NCBI GenBank assembly: GCA_965661505.1
Contig: CBFIDX010000006.1
Coordinates: 4,473-68,472 of the forward strand
Reading direction: 5' to 3'
Source of the DNA: Flavobacteriales bacterium
GTDB lineage: Bacteria; Bacteroidota; Bacteroidia; Flavobacteriales; UBA7312
Length of the DNA stretch: 64,000 nucleotides
The notes beneath the pieces are model-generated. The model worked only from the letters and a program-made list of their open reading frames with translations. It made no database searches and was not told the DNA's origin. Below are positions 30,639-40,727 of the stretch, in pieces. A program made the translations under genes and the position numbers. Positions within the stretch are counted from its first letter, which is position 1. Each line of letters opens with the position of its first letter.

Positions 30639-31421
30639 TTATGAGATAGATTGGAGTAGCTTTTGAAGGTAAAAAGGAATATTAGTTAATCTACTTCCGT
30701 ACCAAGAAAACATTTCCCCATCAACCAAAAAAATTTTAGCATCCGGACAGATTTCTTGAAACGATTTCTTGTGTTTTTCATTAAAGGGAAAAGGTTCGGA
30801 AGAAAGGAATATTAACTCCGGATCGGATAGTGCTAACTCTTTGCTGTTTATCTCAGGATACGCCTCAACATTATCGGCAAACACATTTATAAATCCACAT
30901 CTAGATATAATATCGTGTATAAACCTTGTTTTGTTAATACTCATCATGGGTTTTTGCCAAATAAAGTAGGCTACTCGTTTTGATGTTTTCTTTTTTAACT
31001 GTTTAAAGTTCTTTTCGATAGTAGAAATAATTTTTTTTGATTCGCTGCTTTTATCCGTTATTTCTCCAATTAGCTGAATCATTTTCAAAGCATCTTCTAA
31101 ATTTTGAATATCACTTACCCAAACTGGATAATCTTTCATTAGCGCTTTAATTTCGGATTCTGTATTCTCTTCCTTATTAGCAATAATGAGGTCAGGTTTT
31201 AGGCGTTTAATTTCTTTAATATTTACATTTTTAGTTCCACCAATTCTAACCTTACTGGCATGCCATTTCTTTGGATGAACACAGAATTTTGTGATGCCTA
31301 CTACTTCCTTCTCTAATCCTAAATCAAACAATAGTTCTGTTTGTGAAGGCACCAAAGAAATAATTCTTTTGGGAGGTCTATCAAATAAAAGCTTTCTATG
31401 TAATTGGTCTTTGATATTCAT
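30639..31421 (-). CDS. BtuF-like (helical-backbone, cluster A) cobalamin/metal-binding protein without an evident signal peptide
   Basis: 260 aa with RIISLVPSQTELLFDLGL...VVGIT and PDLIIANKEEN. The N-terminus MNIKDQLHRKLLFDRPPK is not hydrophobic. Confidence 0.65.
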   Translation of the reverse strand: MNIKDQLHRKLLFDRPPKRIISLVPSQTELLFDLGLEKEVVGITKFCVHPKKWHASKVRIGGTKNVNIKEIKRLKPDLIIANKEENTESEIKALMKDYPVWVSDIQNLEDALKMIQLIGEITDKSSESKKIISTIEKNFKQLKKKTSKRVAYFIWQKPMMSINKTRFIHDIISRCGFINVFADNVEAYPEINSKELALSDPELIFLSSEPFPFNEKHKKSFQEICPDAKIFLVDGEMFSWYGSRLTNIPFYLQKLLQSIS

Positions 31422-31467
31422 CTTGCAAATAAAGGAAATAACTTAATTTTACAATAAATATTTTTTG

Positions 31468-31836
31468 ATGAAACCCCTTGTTATATATGTCGATTATTGG
31501 TGCCCACTCTGTTTGCGTTTTGCTAAATATCTTGAGCGGTTAGATGTATTTAATAAAATTCAACAAGAAGATATCCGAAACTGTTTAGATCAAAAGGTCG
31601 ATATAGCGCGTGGATTAAATGAATTAGCATGTACCAACGGAAAACGTACCGTTTATGGTTTTCATTCAATTTTTCAAATTAGCAAACGCCTTCCTTTACT
31701 GTGGGTATTTGTTCCAACATTTTGGCTTTTTAAGATAAGTGGATTGGGAGATTTAATCTACAGTGAGTTAGCACAGAAAAGAACCATTATTCCTTTTCAC
31801 TGTCATACAAACTGCAATAAGCCAACAGACAGTTAA
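31468..31836 (+). CDS. DCC-family thiol-disulfide oxidoreductase (DUF393)
   Basis: The N-terminal motif YVDYWCPLC is present. The ATG at 31468 is preferred over the TTG at 31465 in the ORF track. Confidence 0.65.
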   Translation: MKPLVIYVDYWCPLCLRFAKYLERLDVFNKIQQEDIRNCLDQKVDIARGLNELACTNGKRTVYGFHSIFQISKRLPLLWVFVPTFWLFKISGLGDLIYSELAQKRTIIPFHCHTNCNKPTDS

Positions 31837-32810
31837 TCAAGAAATCCTTGTTGACGCATCCAATCATCATTAAAAATTTTACCAACGTACCTACTACCAT
31901 GATCGTGTAGAAGAACCACCACCACATCGTCCTTACTCAGTTTGTGTTTTAACTGGTTAATGGCTGCGATGGCACTACCACAGGAGTAGCCAGCAAAAAT
32001 ACCTTCTTCTTTTGCCAATCTTCGTGCAAAGATAGCGCCGTCTTTATCAGTCACTTTTTCAAAGTAGTCAATTAAATCGAAATCTACATTTTTAGCGATA
32101 ATATCTTCTCCAATTCCTTCTGTGATGTAAGAGTAAATCTCTTTTTCATCAAAGATCCCTGTTTCATGGTATTTCTTATAAACGGAACCATAGCTATCTA
32201 CTCCCCAGATTTTTACTCCTGGTTTTTTTTCTTTTAAAAACTTTGCTATGCCTGAAATAGTGCCTCCAGTTCCTACCCCTACAACAAAATGCGTGATTTT
32301 ACCAGCTGTTTGTTCCCATATCTCTGGACCAGTACTTTCGTAATGGGCTTGTCTATTTGATAGGTTGTCGTATTGATTGGGATAAAAAGAATTAGGTATT
32401 TCTGCATTTAATCTTTTTGCTACCGAATAATACGATTCTGGATGATCAGGAGCTACGTTGGTAGGGCAAACATGTATTTCTGCTCCCATGGCTTTTAGGA
32501 TATCCATTTTTTCTTTTGATTGTTTATCAGAGATTGTGCAAATTAACTTGTAACCTTTCTGTATGCATGCCAAGGCCAGTCCCATACCTGTGTTTCCTGA
32601 AGTTCCTTCAATAACTGTTCCTCCTTCTTTGAGTAAGCCATTTTTTTCTGCGTCTTCAATCATTTTTAGTGCCATCCGATCTTTAGTAGAATGTCCTGGA
32701 TTAAAGCTTTCGACTTTAGCCAATATAGTTGCTTCTGTATCTAATACATGGTGTAGTTTAACCATGGGAGTGTTTCCAATGGTCTCTACAATGTGGTTGT
32801 AATATTTCAT
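31833..32810 (-). CDS. PLP-dependent cysteine synthase family protein
   Basis: 325 aa with GNTPMV, the PLP-lysine motif NPGHSTKDR, and GTSGNTGMGLA and GVGTGGTISG. Confidence 0.85.
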   Translation of the reverse strand: MKYYNHIVETIGNTPMVKLHHVLDTEATILAKVESFNPGHSTKDRMALKMIEDAEKNGLLKEGGTVIEGTSGNTGMGLALACIQKGYKLICTISDKQSKEKMDILKAMGAEIHVCPTNVAPDHPESYYSVAKRLNAEIPNSFYPNQYDNLSNRQAHYESTGPEIWEQTAGKITHFVVGVGTGGTISGIAKFLKEKKPGVKIWGVDSYGSVYKKYHETGIFDEKEIYSYITEGIGEDIIAKNVDFDLIDYFEKVTDKDGAIFARRLAKEEGIFAGYSCGSAIAAINQLKHKLSKDDVVVVLLHDHGSRYVGKIFNDDWMRQQGFLD

Positions 32811-32840
32811 AGGACAAATTTACGAAAAGTCAACGGTCTG

Positions 32841-34058
32841 TTATTCGAATCGAATGGCTTTAATAGGGGTGATTTTACTGACCAGATATGAAGGTAAAAT
32901 AAGTGCTGTCCAACAAACAAAAAATGCTCCAATATTAAGTAAAACAAGATGGCCTATCTTCAGATGAACAGGAACAACCGACATGTAATAGGTTGCCGGA
33001 TCTAACTGTATTGGCGCTAAATAAAATTGAATCAAAGCCAATCCAATACCTATAAAATTTCCCCAAAGCAAACCTCTACTTATGAGGTAAAAAGATTGAA
33101 ATAAAAAGATTTTTCGAATACTCCAATTAGTTGATCCCAATGCTTTAAGTGTGCCAATAAGTTGCGTTCTTTCAAGAATTAAAACCAAGAGGGCGGTTAT
33201 CATATTTATAGCAGCCACAATAACCATCAGAATAAGTATGACCTGTACATTTAAGTCTTGCAAGTTAAGCCAATCAAAAATTTGAGGGTGTAACTCTCTA
33301 ATGCTCTGTGCGTTTAAATCAAACCCCAATTGCTGGTACACCCTTTCCGTAACATACTCCAATTTCTCAAAATTTTCTATGCTGAGTTCTAAGCCGCCAC
33401 TTTCGTTTACTGTCCAGTCATTTAATTTTTGAATGTGTCGAATGTCACCAATGACCATTAACTCATCAAGTTCGGCAAGTCCAGTTTCATAAATACCAGC
33501 GATAATGAATGTTCTTGCTCTGGGTGGTTGTTGGATAAAATACATGCTCATTTTGTCTCCTACTTCTAACTGTAGATCTTTGGCTATCTTGCTAGAGATA
33601 AGTACTTTATTTGATGTGGCTGTGTCGTTGTAGCTTTGTATTGCTCCTGATTGAAGATTATTCTTAAAAAAAGTAGCATTAAAATCACTACCGACCCCTT
33701 TTAGTACAACGCCTTTAATTTCTTGGCTGGTTTTTATAATGCCTGCTTTTGTAGCAAATTTCTGAATATGGGTTATTTCGGCTATGGGTGCCAAGCTTTG
33801 TTTAATAGAATCGATCTTTGAAACTTTTTTCGATTCATATGAATTTCCATCAGAAAAGTGCGTAATTTGAATATGCGAGCCGAAACCAATAACTTTATCC
33901 CGAATTTCATTTTGAAAACCCGTTACTATGGCCGTAGCTAAAATCATTACAGTTACACTAAGCGATATTGCTAAAGTGGCAATCCGGATGATGGGTCTTG
34001 AAAAACGACTAGTCGTTTTTTTTTGCAGTCGCTGCGCTAAATAGAGTTCTAAATTCAT
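32841..34058 (-). CDS. ABC transporter permease, FtsX/LolC/LolE family
   Basis: 405 aa. The layout is an N-terminal TM helix, a large periplasmic MacB-like domain, then a C-terminal FtsX domain with three TM helices (LKALGSTNWSIRKIFL). Confidence 0.85.
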   Translation of the reverse strand: MNLELYLAQRLQKKTTSRFSRPIIRIATLAISLSVTVMILATAIVTGFQNEIRDKVIGFGSHIQITHFSDGNSYESKKVSKIDSIKQSLAPIAEITHIQKFATKAGIIKTSQEIKGVVLKGVGSDFNATFFKNNLQSGAIQSYNDTATSNKVLISSKIAKDLQLEVGDKMSMYFIQQPPRARTFIIAGIYETGLAELDELMVIGDIRHIQKLNDWTVNESGGLELSIENFEKLEYVTERVYQQLGFDLNAQSIRELHPQIFDWLNLQDLNVQVILILMVIVAAINMITALLVLILERTQLIGTLKALGSTNWSIRKIFLFQSFYLISRGLLWGNFIGIGLALIQFYLAPIQLDPATYYMSVVPVHLKIGHLVLLNIGAFFVCWTALILPSYLVSKITPIKAIRFE

Positions 34059-34065
34059 AGAAATA

Positions 34066-35202
34066 ATGGCTAAAATTACGCAAATATTCGCTTTACTCTT
34101 TTGTTGCTTTCATTTTGCTTGTAAAGAAGCAAGTTTTCAATTAGGATCAGAACGCATGGGTCAATACCTTCATTTGCTTGAGGGAAAAAAAGTAGCGGTT
34201 GTAGGAAACCAAACCTCCACAATTGGCCAATCTCATTTAGTGGATACTCTGCTTGCACTTAAGGTTGAGGTTGTTAAAGTATTTGCACCAGAACATGGGT
34301 TTAGAGGAACGGCTGATGCTGGCGCTTTAGTAGAAGATGGTATAGATAAGGCCACAGGATTGCCTATTGTTTCTTTATATGGAAAAAATAAAAAACCATC
34401 AAAAGAACAGTTGCAAGATGTTGATGTTATACTGTTTGATATACAAGATGTAGGAGCACGTTTTTACACTTATATATCAAGCTTGCATTATGTGATGGAG
34501 GCTGCTGCAGAACACAACACTCCCCTTATTGTTTTGGATAGACCCAACCCCAATGGACACTATGTAGATGGCCCAATTTTAGATACTGCGTACCAATCTT
34601 TTGTAGGAATGCATCCTATTCCAGTTGTCCATGGTATGACAATGGCGGAATACGCTTTAATGATTAATGGGCAGGAGTGGACTAACTCAAAATGCGACTT
34701 AGCGGTTATCCCAATGCTTTACTACAAGCGGACAATGCCTTATTCTTTACCCGTTAAGCCCTCGCCCAATTTGCCAAACGAGGTATCGGTTAACTTATAT
34801 CCCTCACTCTGTTTTTTTGAAGGAACAAATGTAAGTGTGGGTAGAGGTACAGATATTCCTTTTCAGCATTATGGTGCTCCTTATTTAGAAAGCGATTATG
34901 TATTTGTGCCTCAAAGCGGACCTGGAAGTAAAGACCCAAAACACGAAAATGACAGTTGTTTTGGAGTTGACTTAAGACAACAGTCACCACTCTCTGAGTT
35001 AAACTTAGATTGGTTGATACAGGCATATCGTGAATGCCCAAGTAAAGAAAAATTCTTTAATAACTTTTTTGACAAACTAGCGGGAACAGATCAGTTAAGA
35101 ATCCACATAACAAATGGTAAAACAGCTCAAGAAATCAGAAGTGCTTGGCAGGATGATTTAATACGTTTTGCTGAGATGAGGCGTGATTACCTCATTTACT
35201 GA
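34066..35202 (+). CDS. DUF1343 (NamZ-like exo-beta-N-acetylmuramidase family) lipoprotein
   Basis: 378 aa with signal/lipobox FHFAC. Motifs include VGNQTS, FAPEHGFRG and ILFDIQDVGARFYTY. Confidence 0.8.
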   Translation: MAKITQIFALLFCCFHFACKEASFQLGSERMGQYLHLLEGKKVAVVGNQTSTIGQSHLVDTLLALKVEVVKVFAPEHGFRGTADAGALVEDGIDKATGLPIVSLYGKNKKPSKEQLQDVDVILFDIQDVGARFYTYISSLHYVMEAAAEHNTPLIVLDRPNPNGHYVDGPILDTAYQSFVGMHPIPVVHGMTMAEYALMINGQEWTNSKCDLAVIPMLYYKRTMPYSLPVKPSPNLPNEVSVNLYPSLCFFEGTNVSVGRGTDIPFQHYGAPYLESDYVFVPQSGPGSKDPKHENDSCFGVDLRQQSPLSELNLDWLIQAYRECPSKEKFFNNFFDKLAGTDQLRIHITNGKTAQEIRSAWQDDLIRFAEMRRDYLIY

Positions 35203-35723
35203 TTTAACATTTGAACCAATTTTGTAGTCGTTCGCCAGTTGCGGGTAGTGGCACTACATTCAAATTTTTTCTCCATCAAATTGTTGTTTATTTTACTTCT
35301 AGCCGCTACATCAGGACAATGAAAATAAAGGATATTCGCTTTGAGCATTAAATGCTCATTGTCTTTTTTTAATTTTTCAATTTCACCAAACCCTATTGGC
35401 TTTACCGAAGAAGAAAAAAAAGTGAGGTAGAGCCTGTTTGGTTGAGCTTCAGGGAAGGGGTTTTGGGCAACAGCCTTTAAAAGCGTAGCAGGGCTTAATA
35501 TAAAAACAGGCACCTCATAGCCGAAATTTTCCATTATACTTTTAGATATCATAGCGGAAAGGGTTGATTTTTTTTCTTCACTTTCAAAAAGAATATTTCC
35601 GCTCTGAATATATGTTCGTACACCTTTCAGGCCAAATTTATTAAGAATAGATCTTAGATCAGCCATTTTAATAATTCTATGGCCACTGATATTGATGCCT
35701 CTAAGCAATGCGATGTATTGCAT
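35196..35723 (-). CDS. DUF1697 domain protein
   Basis: 175 aa. The N-terminus YIALLRGINISGHRIIKMADLR...V.TYIQSGNILF is typical of DUF1697. Confidence 0.7.
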   Translation of the reverse strand: MQYIALLRGINISGHRIIKMADLRSILNKFGLKGVRTYIQSGNILFESEEKKSTLSAMISKSIMENFGYEVPVFILSPATLLKAVAQNPFPEAQPNRLYLTFFSSSVKPIGFGEIEKLKKDNEHLMLKANILYFHCPDVAARSKINNNLMEKKFECSATTRNWRTTTKLVQMLNQ

Positions 35724-35741
35724 GCTATCAAAGATATCAAT

Positions 35742-36227
35742 CTATTTCAATTGTTTTTTTAATTGTTCAATAATTTGAAAAACGGCTGGGCAAACTGAAA
35801 CATTTTTTTCAGTTAAACTAAGAAGTTGATGTTGTTTAATTCTGTCTGTATGTGGGTATTCTCTACAGGCTTTTGGTCTAACCTCATAAATGCCACATCG
35901 ATTATCATCATTTAAAAAAGCACAGGGTACGGATTGTAAAACGTAATCCTTATCTTCATCAATTCGCAAATATTTTTGGGTAAAAACAGAGGGTTTCATG
36001 CCAAGATGCTTGGCTATTCTTGCTATGTCTTTATCAGTAAAGAGAGGTCCTGTTGTGGTGCAACAATTGGCACATTCAAGGCAATCAATACACGCAAATG
36101 TTTCTTGATGTAAAGCATGAATGTGTTTATCCAATACTTTGGGCTTCACATTCTTCAGTTTTCTAAAAAACTTTTTATTCTCTTTTTGTAGAACTCGGCT
36201 TTTTTCTCGGTGCTTTTTTAGGTCCAA
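35742..36227 (-). CDS. YkgJ-family cysteine-cluster protein (UPF0153)
   Basis: 161 aa with CIDCLECANCC near the N-terminus and C..L..DNRCGIYEVRPKACREYP. Confidence 0.7.
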   Translation of the reverse strand: MDLKKHREKSRVLQKENKKFFRKLKNVKPKVLDKHIHALHQETFACIDCLECANCCTTTGPLFTDKDIARIAKHLGMKPSVFTQKYLRIDEDKDYVLQSVPCAFLNDDNRCGIYEVRPKACREYPHTDRIKQHQLLSLTEKNVSVCPAVFQIIEQLKKQLK

Positions 36228-36228
36228 T

Positions 36229-37428
36229 TTAGTATGTTCTTCCAGGATAAACTTTTAACGCTTCCGCTAAACACCTCACTGCTTTTTGTAAGGATTCTTG
36301 GTTGAGTACATAGGCAATACGTACTTGTTTAGTGCCGGTATTTGGAGTAGCGTAAAAACCAGCAGCAGGAGCTACCATAACCGTTGCACCCTCATAAGAA
36401 AATTCTTCTAACAACCATTGCGCAAAGGTGTCTGCATCATCAACAGGAAGTTCTGCAATGCAATAAAAAGCGCCTTTTGGTTTTGGACAAACAACTCCTT
36501 TAATTTTATTTAACCCTTCTATCAATAAGTCTCTGCGAGCGATGTATTCAGTACTCACATCATCAAAATAGGAGGCAGGGGTATTCAATGCAGCCTCAGC
36601 TGCTACCTGACCAAAAGTTGGAGGTGATAATCGTGCTTGTGCAAACTTGAGCGCAGCACTCATCACATTTTTATTTTTAGAAACGATACAACCTATCCGA
36701 ATACCACACATGGAGTATCGTTTAGAGGTTGAGTCTATCACAACCGCATGCTGTTCTAAGCCTTCCATGTTTAACACCGAATGGTGTTGATGACCATCGT
36801 AGCAGAATTCTCTATATACTTCATCAGCAAAAAGAAAAAGATCGTGTTTGATAACGATATTTCTTAAAGTTTCTAATTCTTCTTTAGAATATAGGTAGCC
36901 GGTTGGATTGCCTGGATTGCAGATAAGTATGGCTTTTGTTTTTGGTGTAATGAGCTTTTCAAATTCTTCAATAGCCGGTAAAGCAAAACCATTATTGATG
37001 TTGGTGGCGATCGGTTTGACCGAGACACCAGCGGAAATAGAAAAACCGTTATAATTAGCATAGAAAGGTTCTGGGATGATGATTTCATCACCGGAATCCA
37101 AGCAACTATTTAAACCAAACAGTAGGGCTTCCGAACCTCCTGTTGTAACCATTATATCCTCGTGTGTTACTTCAATCCCTTGTTTTTTATAATAACTGAC
37201 TAAGCCTTTTCGATAACTTTCTAGTCCAGCAGAGTGGCTGTATGCCACCACCTTTTCTTTAAAATTTCGAATAGCTTCAAGCGCTACATTAGGAGTCTGT
37301 ATATCGGGCTGGCCAATGTTTAAGTGAAAAACGTTTTTACCTGCTTTTTTGGCTGCTTCTGCATAGGGAACCAACTTACGAATTGGCGACTCGGGCATGT
37401 ACACTCCTTTCTGAGATATATTTGGCAT
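36229..37428 (-). CDS. Class I/II pyridoxal-phosphate aminotransferase (aspartate aminotransferase-like)
   Basis: 399 aa with NPGNPTG, the PLP-lysine region DSTSKRYSMCGIRIG and FADEVY. Confidence 0.9.
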   Translation of the reverse strand: MPNISQKGVYMPESPIRKLVPYAEAAKKAGKNVFHLNIGQPDIQTPNVALEAIRNFKEKVVAYSHSAGLESYRKGLVSYYKKQGIEVTHEDIMVTTGGSEALLFGLNSCLDSGDEIIIPEPFYANYNGFSISAGVSVKPIATNINNGFALPAIEEFEKLITPKTKAILICNPGNPTGYLYSKEELETLRNIVIKHDLFLFADEVYREFCYDGHQHHSVLNMEGLEQHAVVIDSTSKRYSMCGIRIGCIVSKNKNVMSAALKFAQARLSPPTFGQVAAEAALNTPASYFDDVSTEYIARRDLLIEGLNKIKGVVCPKPKGAFYCIAELPVDDADTFAQWLLEEFSYEGATVMVAPAAGFYATPNTGTKQVRIAYVLNQESLQKAVRCLAEALKVYPGRTY

Positions 37429-37443
37429 GATGATAGATTAGAT

Positions 37444-37471
37444 AAAAAAACACCCCCATAAACGGGGGTGT
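37444..37471 (-). terminator. Rho-independent terminator downstream of the DUF1573 gene
   Basis: The minus strand reads acaccccc-gtttat-gggggtgt followed by TTTTTTT. Confidence 0.65.
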
Positions 37472-37494
37472 AAATTTCGTAAAAACCTTGAATA

Positions 37495-37926
37495 TTAGTT
37501 GACTTCTAAAGGAGATTTTTGTGGCTTGCTGGGAGCAAGAGGTGCCTCGGCAGGCTTTTGTACTTCTCCTTTGATAGTTAAAATTTTATTTTTTTCAGTA
37601 GTATTTGTTGTGAGGGTAATTGTTTTAGTGAACTTACCAATACGTTTGGTATCATATTTAACGCCAATTTTACCACTTGCACCAGGCGCTATGGGCTCTT
37701 TAGGCCAGGTAGGGACAGTGCAGCCACAAGAACCTCTGGCATTTGAGATAATAAGTGGAGCATCTCCAGTATTGGTAAAAACAAACTCTCTTTGGCCATC
37801 GGCTTTGTGCTCAATGGTACCGTAATCAATAACTGGGGTTTCAAATTTCATTTGAGCGCCACCATCTTGTGCAAACAGTCCAAAACACGAAACAACTAAA
37901 CTAAATGTAAAAAATGCCTTTTTCAT
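37495..37926 (-). CDS. DUF1573 domain secreted protein
   Basis: 143 aa with signal peptide MKKAFFTFSLVVSCFGLFAQ. The core is F.F.NTGDAPLIISNARGSCGCTVP. Confidence 0.8.
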   Translation of the reverse strand: MKKAFFTFSLVVSCFGLFAQDGGAQMKFETPVIDYGTIEHKADGQREFVFTNTGDAPLIISNARGSCGCTVPTWPKEPIAPGASGKIGVKYDTKRIGKFTKTITLTTNTTEKNKILTIKGEVQKPAEAPLAPSKPQKSPLEVN

Positions 37927-38068
37927 CTTTTTGTATTTCTAAGATTAAAATCTAAAATTAAGAACTCCAAAAATAATAATTTATTGTTTGTATTCAATTA
38001 ATGATTTAAGGAATGTTAGGGGCAATTTGCTAAATTTGCTGGCTTAACTGATCAATCAAACTATCGCA

Positions 38069-40678
38069 ATGAGTGTTGTTAAAACATATCAGCCTAAAAA
38101 TATTGAAGATAAGTGGTATTCCCATTGGATGGAAAAGGGATATTTCAATTCTACCCCCGATGAAAGAGAACCCTACACTATTGTGATACCACCTCCCAAT
38201 GTTACGGGTGTTCTACACATGGGTCATATGCTAAACAATACCCTTCAAGATGTGTTGATTCGAAGAGCTCGTATGCAAGGCTACAATGCCTGTTGGGTAC
38301 CTGGTACCGACCATGCCTCTATTGCTACCGAAGCCAAAGTAGTACAAAAACTGGCTAATGATGGAATTGATAAATCATCATTATCTAGAGAGGAGTTCAT
38401 GAAGCATGCTTGGGAGTGGAAAGAAAAGCATGGAGGAATCATTTTAGAGCAGCTTAAAAAATTAGGTGCTTCTTGCGATTGGGAACGTACAAAGTTTACG
38501 ATGGATGAGGACATGAGTGCGGCAGTAATTAAGGTTTTTGTTGATCTGCATCAAAAGGGACTCGTTTACAGAGGTGTTCGCATGGTTAACTGGGACCCAG
38601 CGGCACAAACCGCTCTTTCCGACGAAGAGGTTATACACAAAGAAGTGAATTCTAAATTGTATCACATAGCTTATGAAATAGAAGGCACAGACGAAAAATT
38701 AACCGTAGCAACGACACGCCCTGAAACCATTTTAGGAGATGCTGCCATATGTGTCAATCCAAACGACAAACGTTATCAGCATTTAAAAGGTGCCCAAGCA
38801 ATAGTTCCCCTAATAAACAGAAAAATCCCTATTATCTTTGATGAGTATGTAGACATGGAATTCGGAACAGGAGCGTTAAAAATAACGCCTGCTCACGATA
38901 TCAACGACTATCAGATTGGAGATAAACACGGACTACCAAGCATAGATATATTAAACGATGATGGCACCTTAAGTGAGGCTGCACAGCTCTACATAGGAAA
39001 AGATAGATTTGAGGTAAGGAAAGAGATTGCAAAAGACTTAGACAAGCATGGCTCTTTAGTTAAAATAGAAGATTATCAAAATAAGGTAGGTTTTTCAGAA
39101 AGGACAGACGCCGTGATTGAACCTAAATTATCCATGCAGTGGTTTTTCAAAATGAGCGATTTTTCCAAACCTGCTTTAGAAAATGTAATGAATGATACTG
39201 TCCAGTTTCATCCAGCAAAGTTTAAGAATACGTATCGTCATTGGATGGAAAATATCAAAGATTGGTGTGTATCTCGTCAGTTGTGGTGGGGCCAGCGCAT
39301 ACCAGCCTATTATTATGATGGTAATCAGTATGTTGTTGCCGAAAATGCAGAAGAGGCCTTAAAGTTAGCTCAGGCTCAAAAACCCGATACGCGCATGGAC
39401 GATTTACGTCAGGATGAAGACGTTTTAGATACTTGGTTTTCTTCCTGGCTATGGCCCATGTCTGTTTTTGATGGGATAAAAAACCCTGATAATCCTGAGA
39501 TAACGTATTATTATCCAACCAACGATCTAGTAACTGCGCCAGAAATTTTATTTTTTTGGGTTGCTAGAATGATCATGGCTGGTTACGAATACCAAGGAAC
39601 ACTTCCTTTTAAGAATGTATACCTAACAGGGATTGTTCGTGACAAGCAAGGGCGTAAAATGTCAAAGTCACTCGGTAATTCTCCAGACCCCATAAAGTTA
39701 ATGGAAAAATACGGTGCCGATGGTGTTCGTGTGGGCATGTTGTTGTGTTCGCCAGCTGGAAACGATTTACCCTTTGATGAAGGATTGTGTGAGCAAGGGA
39801 GAAATTTTTCGAACAAAATATGGAACGCTTCCCGACTTATTAAAGGTTGGGAGGTAGAAGATATACCACAAGCTAAATCAGCACAAGTTGCCATTTCTTG
39901 GTTCCAACAAAAACTGAATAAGGCCATAGCAGAGATTGATGCCTCCTATGCTAAATACCGTATTTCTGAGGCCTTAATGCTTACCTATAAGTTGGTTTGG
40001 GACGATTTCTGCTCGTGGTATTTAGAAATGGTGAAGCCTGCTTACCAGCAACCAATGGATGCAAAAACGTTTGAGGCAACGGTTAATTTCCTCGATGATT
40101 TACTCAAATTACTTCATCCCTTTATGCCTTTTTTAAGTGAAGAGCTTTGGCACGAGCTTAAACAAAGAGCGCACGATCTTATTGTAACAGAATGGCCAAA
40201 AGCAAAAGAAGTTAATCATTCATTGTTGAACGATTTTGAGGTAGCTGCTGAGGTGATTTCTGGTATTCGAAACATCCGTAAACAAAAAAGCATTCCAAAT
40301 AAAGAAACCATAGACCTCTCTATAAAGGCCAATGCTTCTATCAATAAAGAATTTGATGCGGTAATAGTGAAGTTAGGAAACTTAAGCCCTATCCAATATG
40401 TGACCGAAAAAGTGGAAGGAGCCTTTTCTTTTCTAGTTCAGTCGAATGAGTATTTTGTGCCGTTAGGTCATCATATAGACGTAGAGGCTGAGGTTGAAAA
40501 ATTACAAAAAGAAATAGCCTATACCCAAGGGTTTTTGAGATCGGTTGAAGGAAAGCTTAAAAACCAAAGATTTATCAATAATGCACCCGAGCAGGTCGTG
40601 GCTGTTGAACGTAAAAAACAAGCTGATGCACTATCTAAAATTGCTGTTTTAAAAGAGCAAATAAAAGCATTGGGATAA
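38069..40678 (+). CDS. valS: Valyl-tRNA synthetase
   Basis: 869 aa with a HIGH-type motif ([13 protein letters not shown]) and KMSKS. It has a C-terminal coiled coil. Confidence 0.97.
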   Translation: MSVVKTYQPKNIEDKWYSHWMEKGYFNSTPDEREPYTIVIPPPNVTGVLHMGHMLNNTLQDVLIRRARMQGYNACWVPGTDHASIATEAKVVQKLANDGIDKSSLSREEFMKHAWEWKEKHGGIILEQLKKLGASCDWERTKFTMDEDMSAAVIKVFVDLHQKGLVYRGVRMVNWDPAAQTALSDEEVIHKEVNSKLYHIAYEIEGTDEKLTVATTRPETILGDAAICVNPNDKRYQHLKGAQAIVPLINRKIPIIFDEYVDMEFGTGALKITPAHDINDYQIGDKHGLPSIDILNDDGTLSEAAQLYIGKDRFEVRKEIAKDLDKHGSLVKIEDYQNKVGFSERTDAVIEPKLSMQWFFKMSDFSKPALENVMNDTVQFHPAKFKNTYRHWMENIKDWCVSRQLWWGQRIPAYYYDGNQYVVAENAEEALKLAQAQKPDTRMDDLRQDEDVLDTWFSSWLWPMSVFDGIKNPDNPEITYYYPTNDLVTAPEILFFWVARMIMAGYEYQGTLPFKNVYLTGIVRDKQGRKMSKSLGNSPDPIKLMEKYGADGVRVGMLLCSPAGNDLPFDEGLCEQGRNFSNKIWNASRLIKGWEVEDIPQAKSAQVAISWFQQKLNKAIAEIDASYAKYRISEALMLTYKLVWDDFCSWYLEMVKPAYQQPMDAKTFEATVNFLDDLLKLLHPFMPFLSEELWHELKQRAHDLIVTEWPKAKEVNHSLLNDFEVAAEVISGIRNIRKQKSIPNKETIDLSIKANASINKEFDAVIVKLGNLSPIQYVTEKVEGAFSFLVQSNEYFVPLGHHIDVEAEVEKLQKEIAYTQGFLRSVEGKLKNQRFINNAPEQVVAVERKKQADALSKIAVLKEQIKALG

Positions 40679-40695
40679 GAGTGCCATTACGTAAA

Positions 40696-40725
40696 GAAAA
40701 AGCCACGATCATTCGTGGCTTTTTT
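40696..40725. terminator. Bidirectional terminator between valS and the convergent T9SS cargo gene
   Basis: aaaaagccacga / tcgtggcttttt around loop tcat, flanked by an A run and a T run. Confidence 0.7.
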
Positions 40726-40727
40726 AA

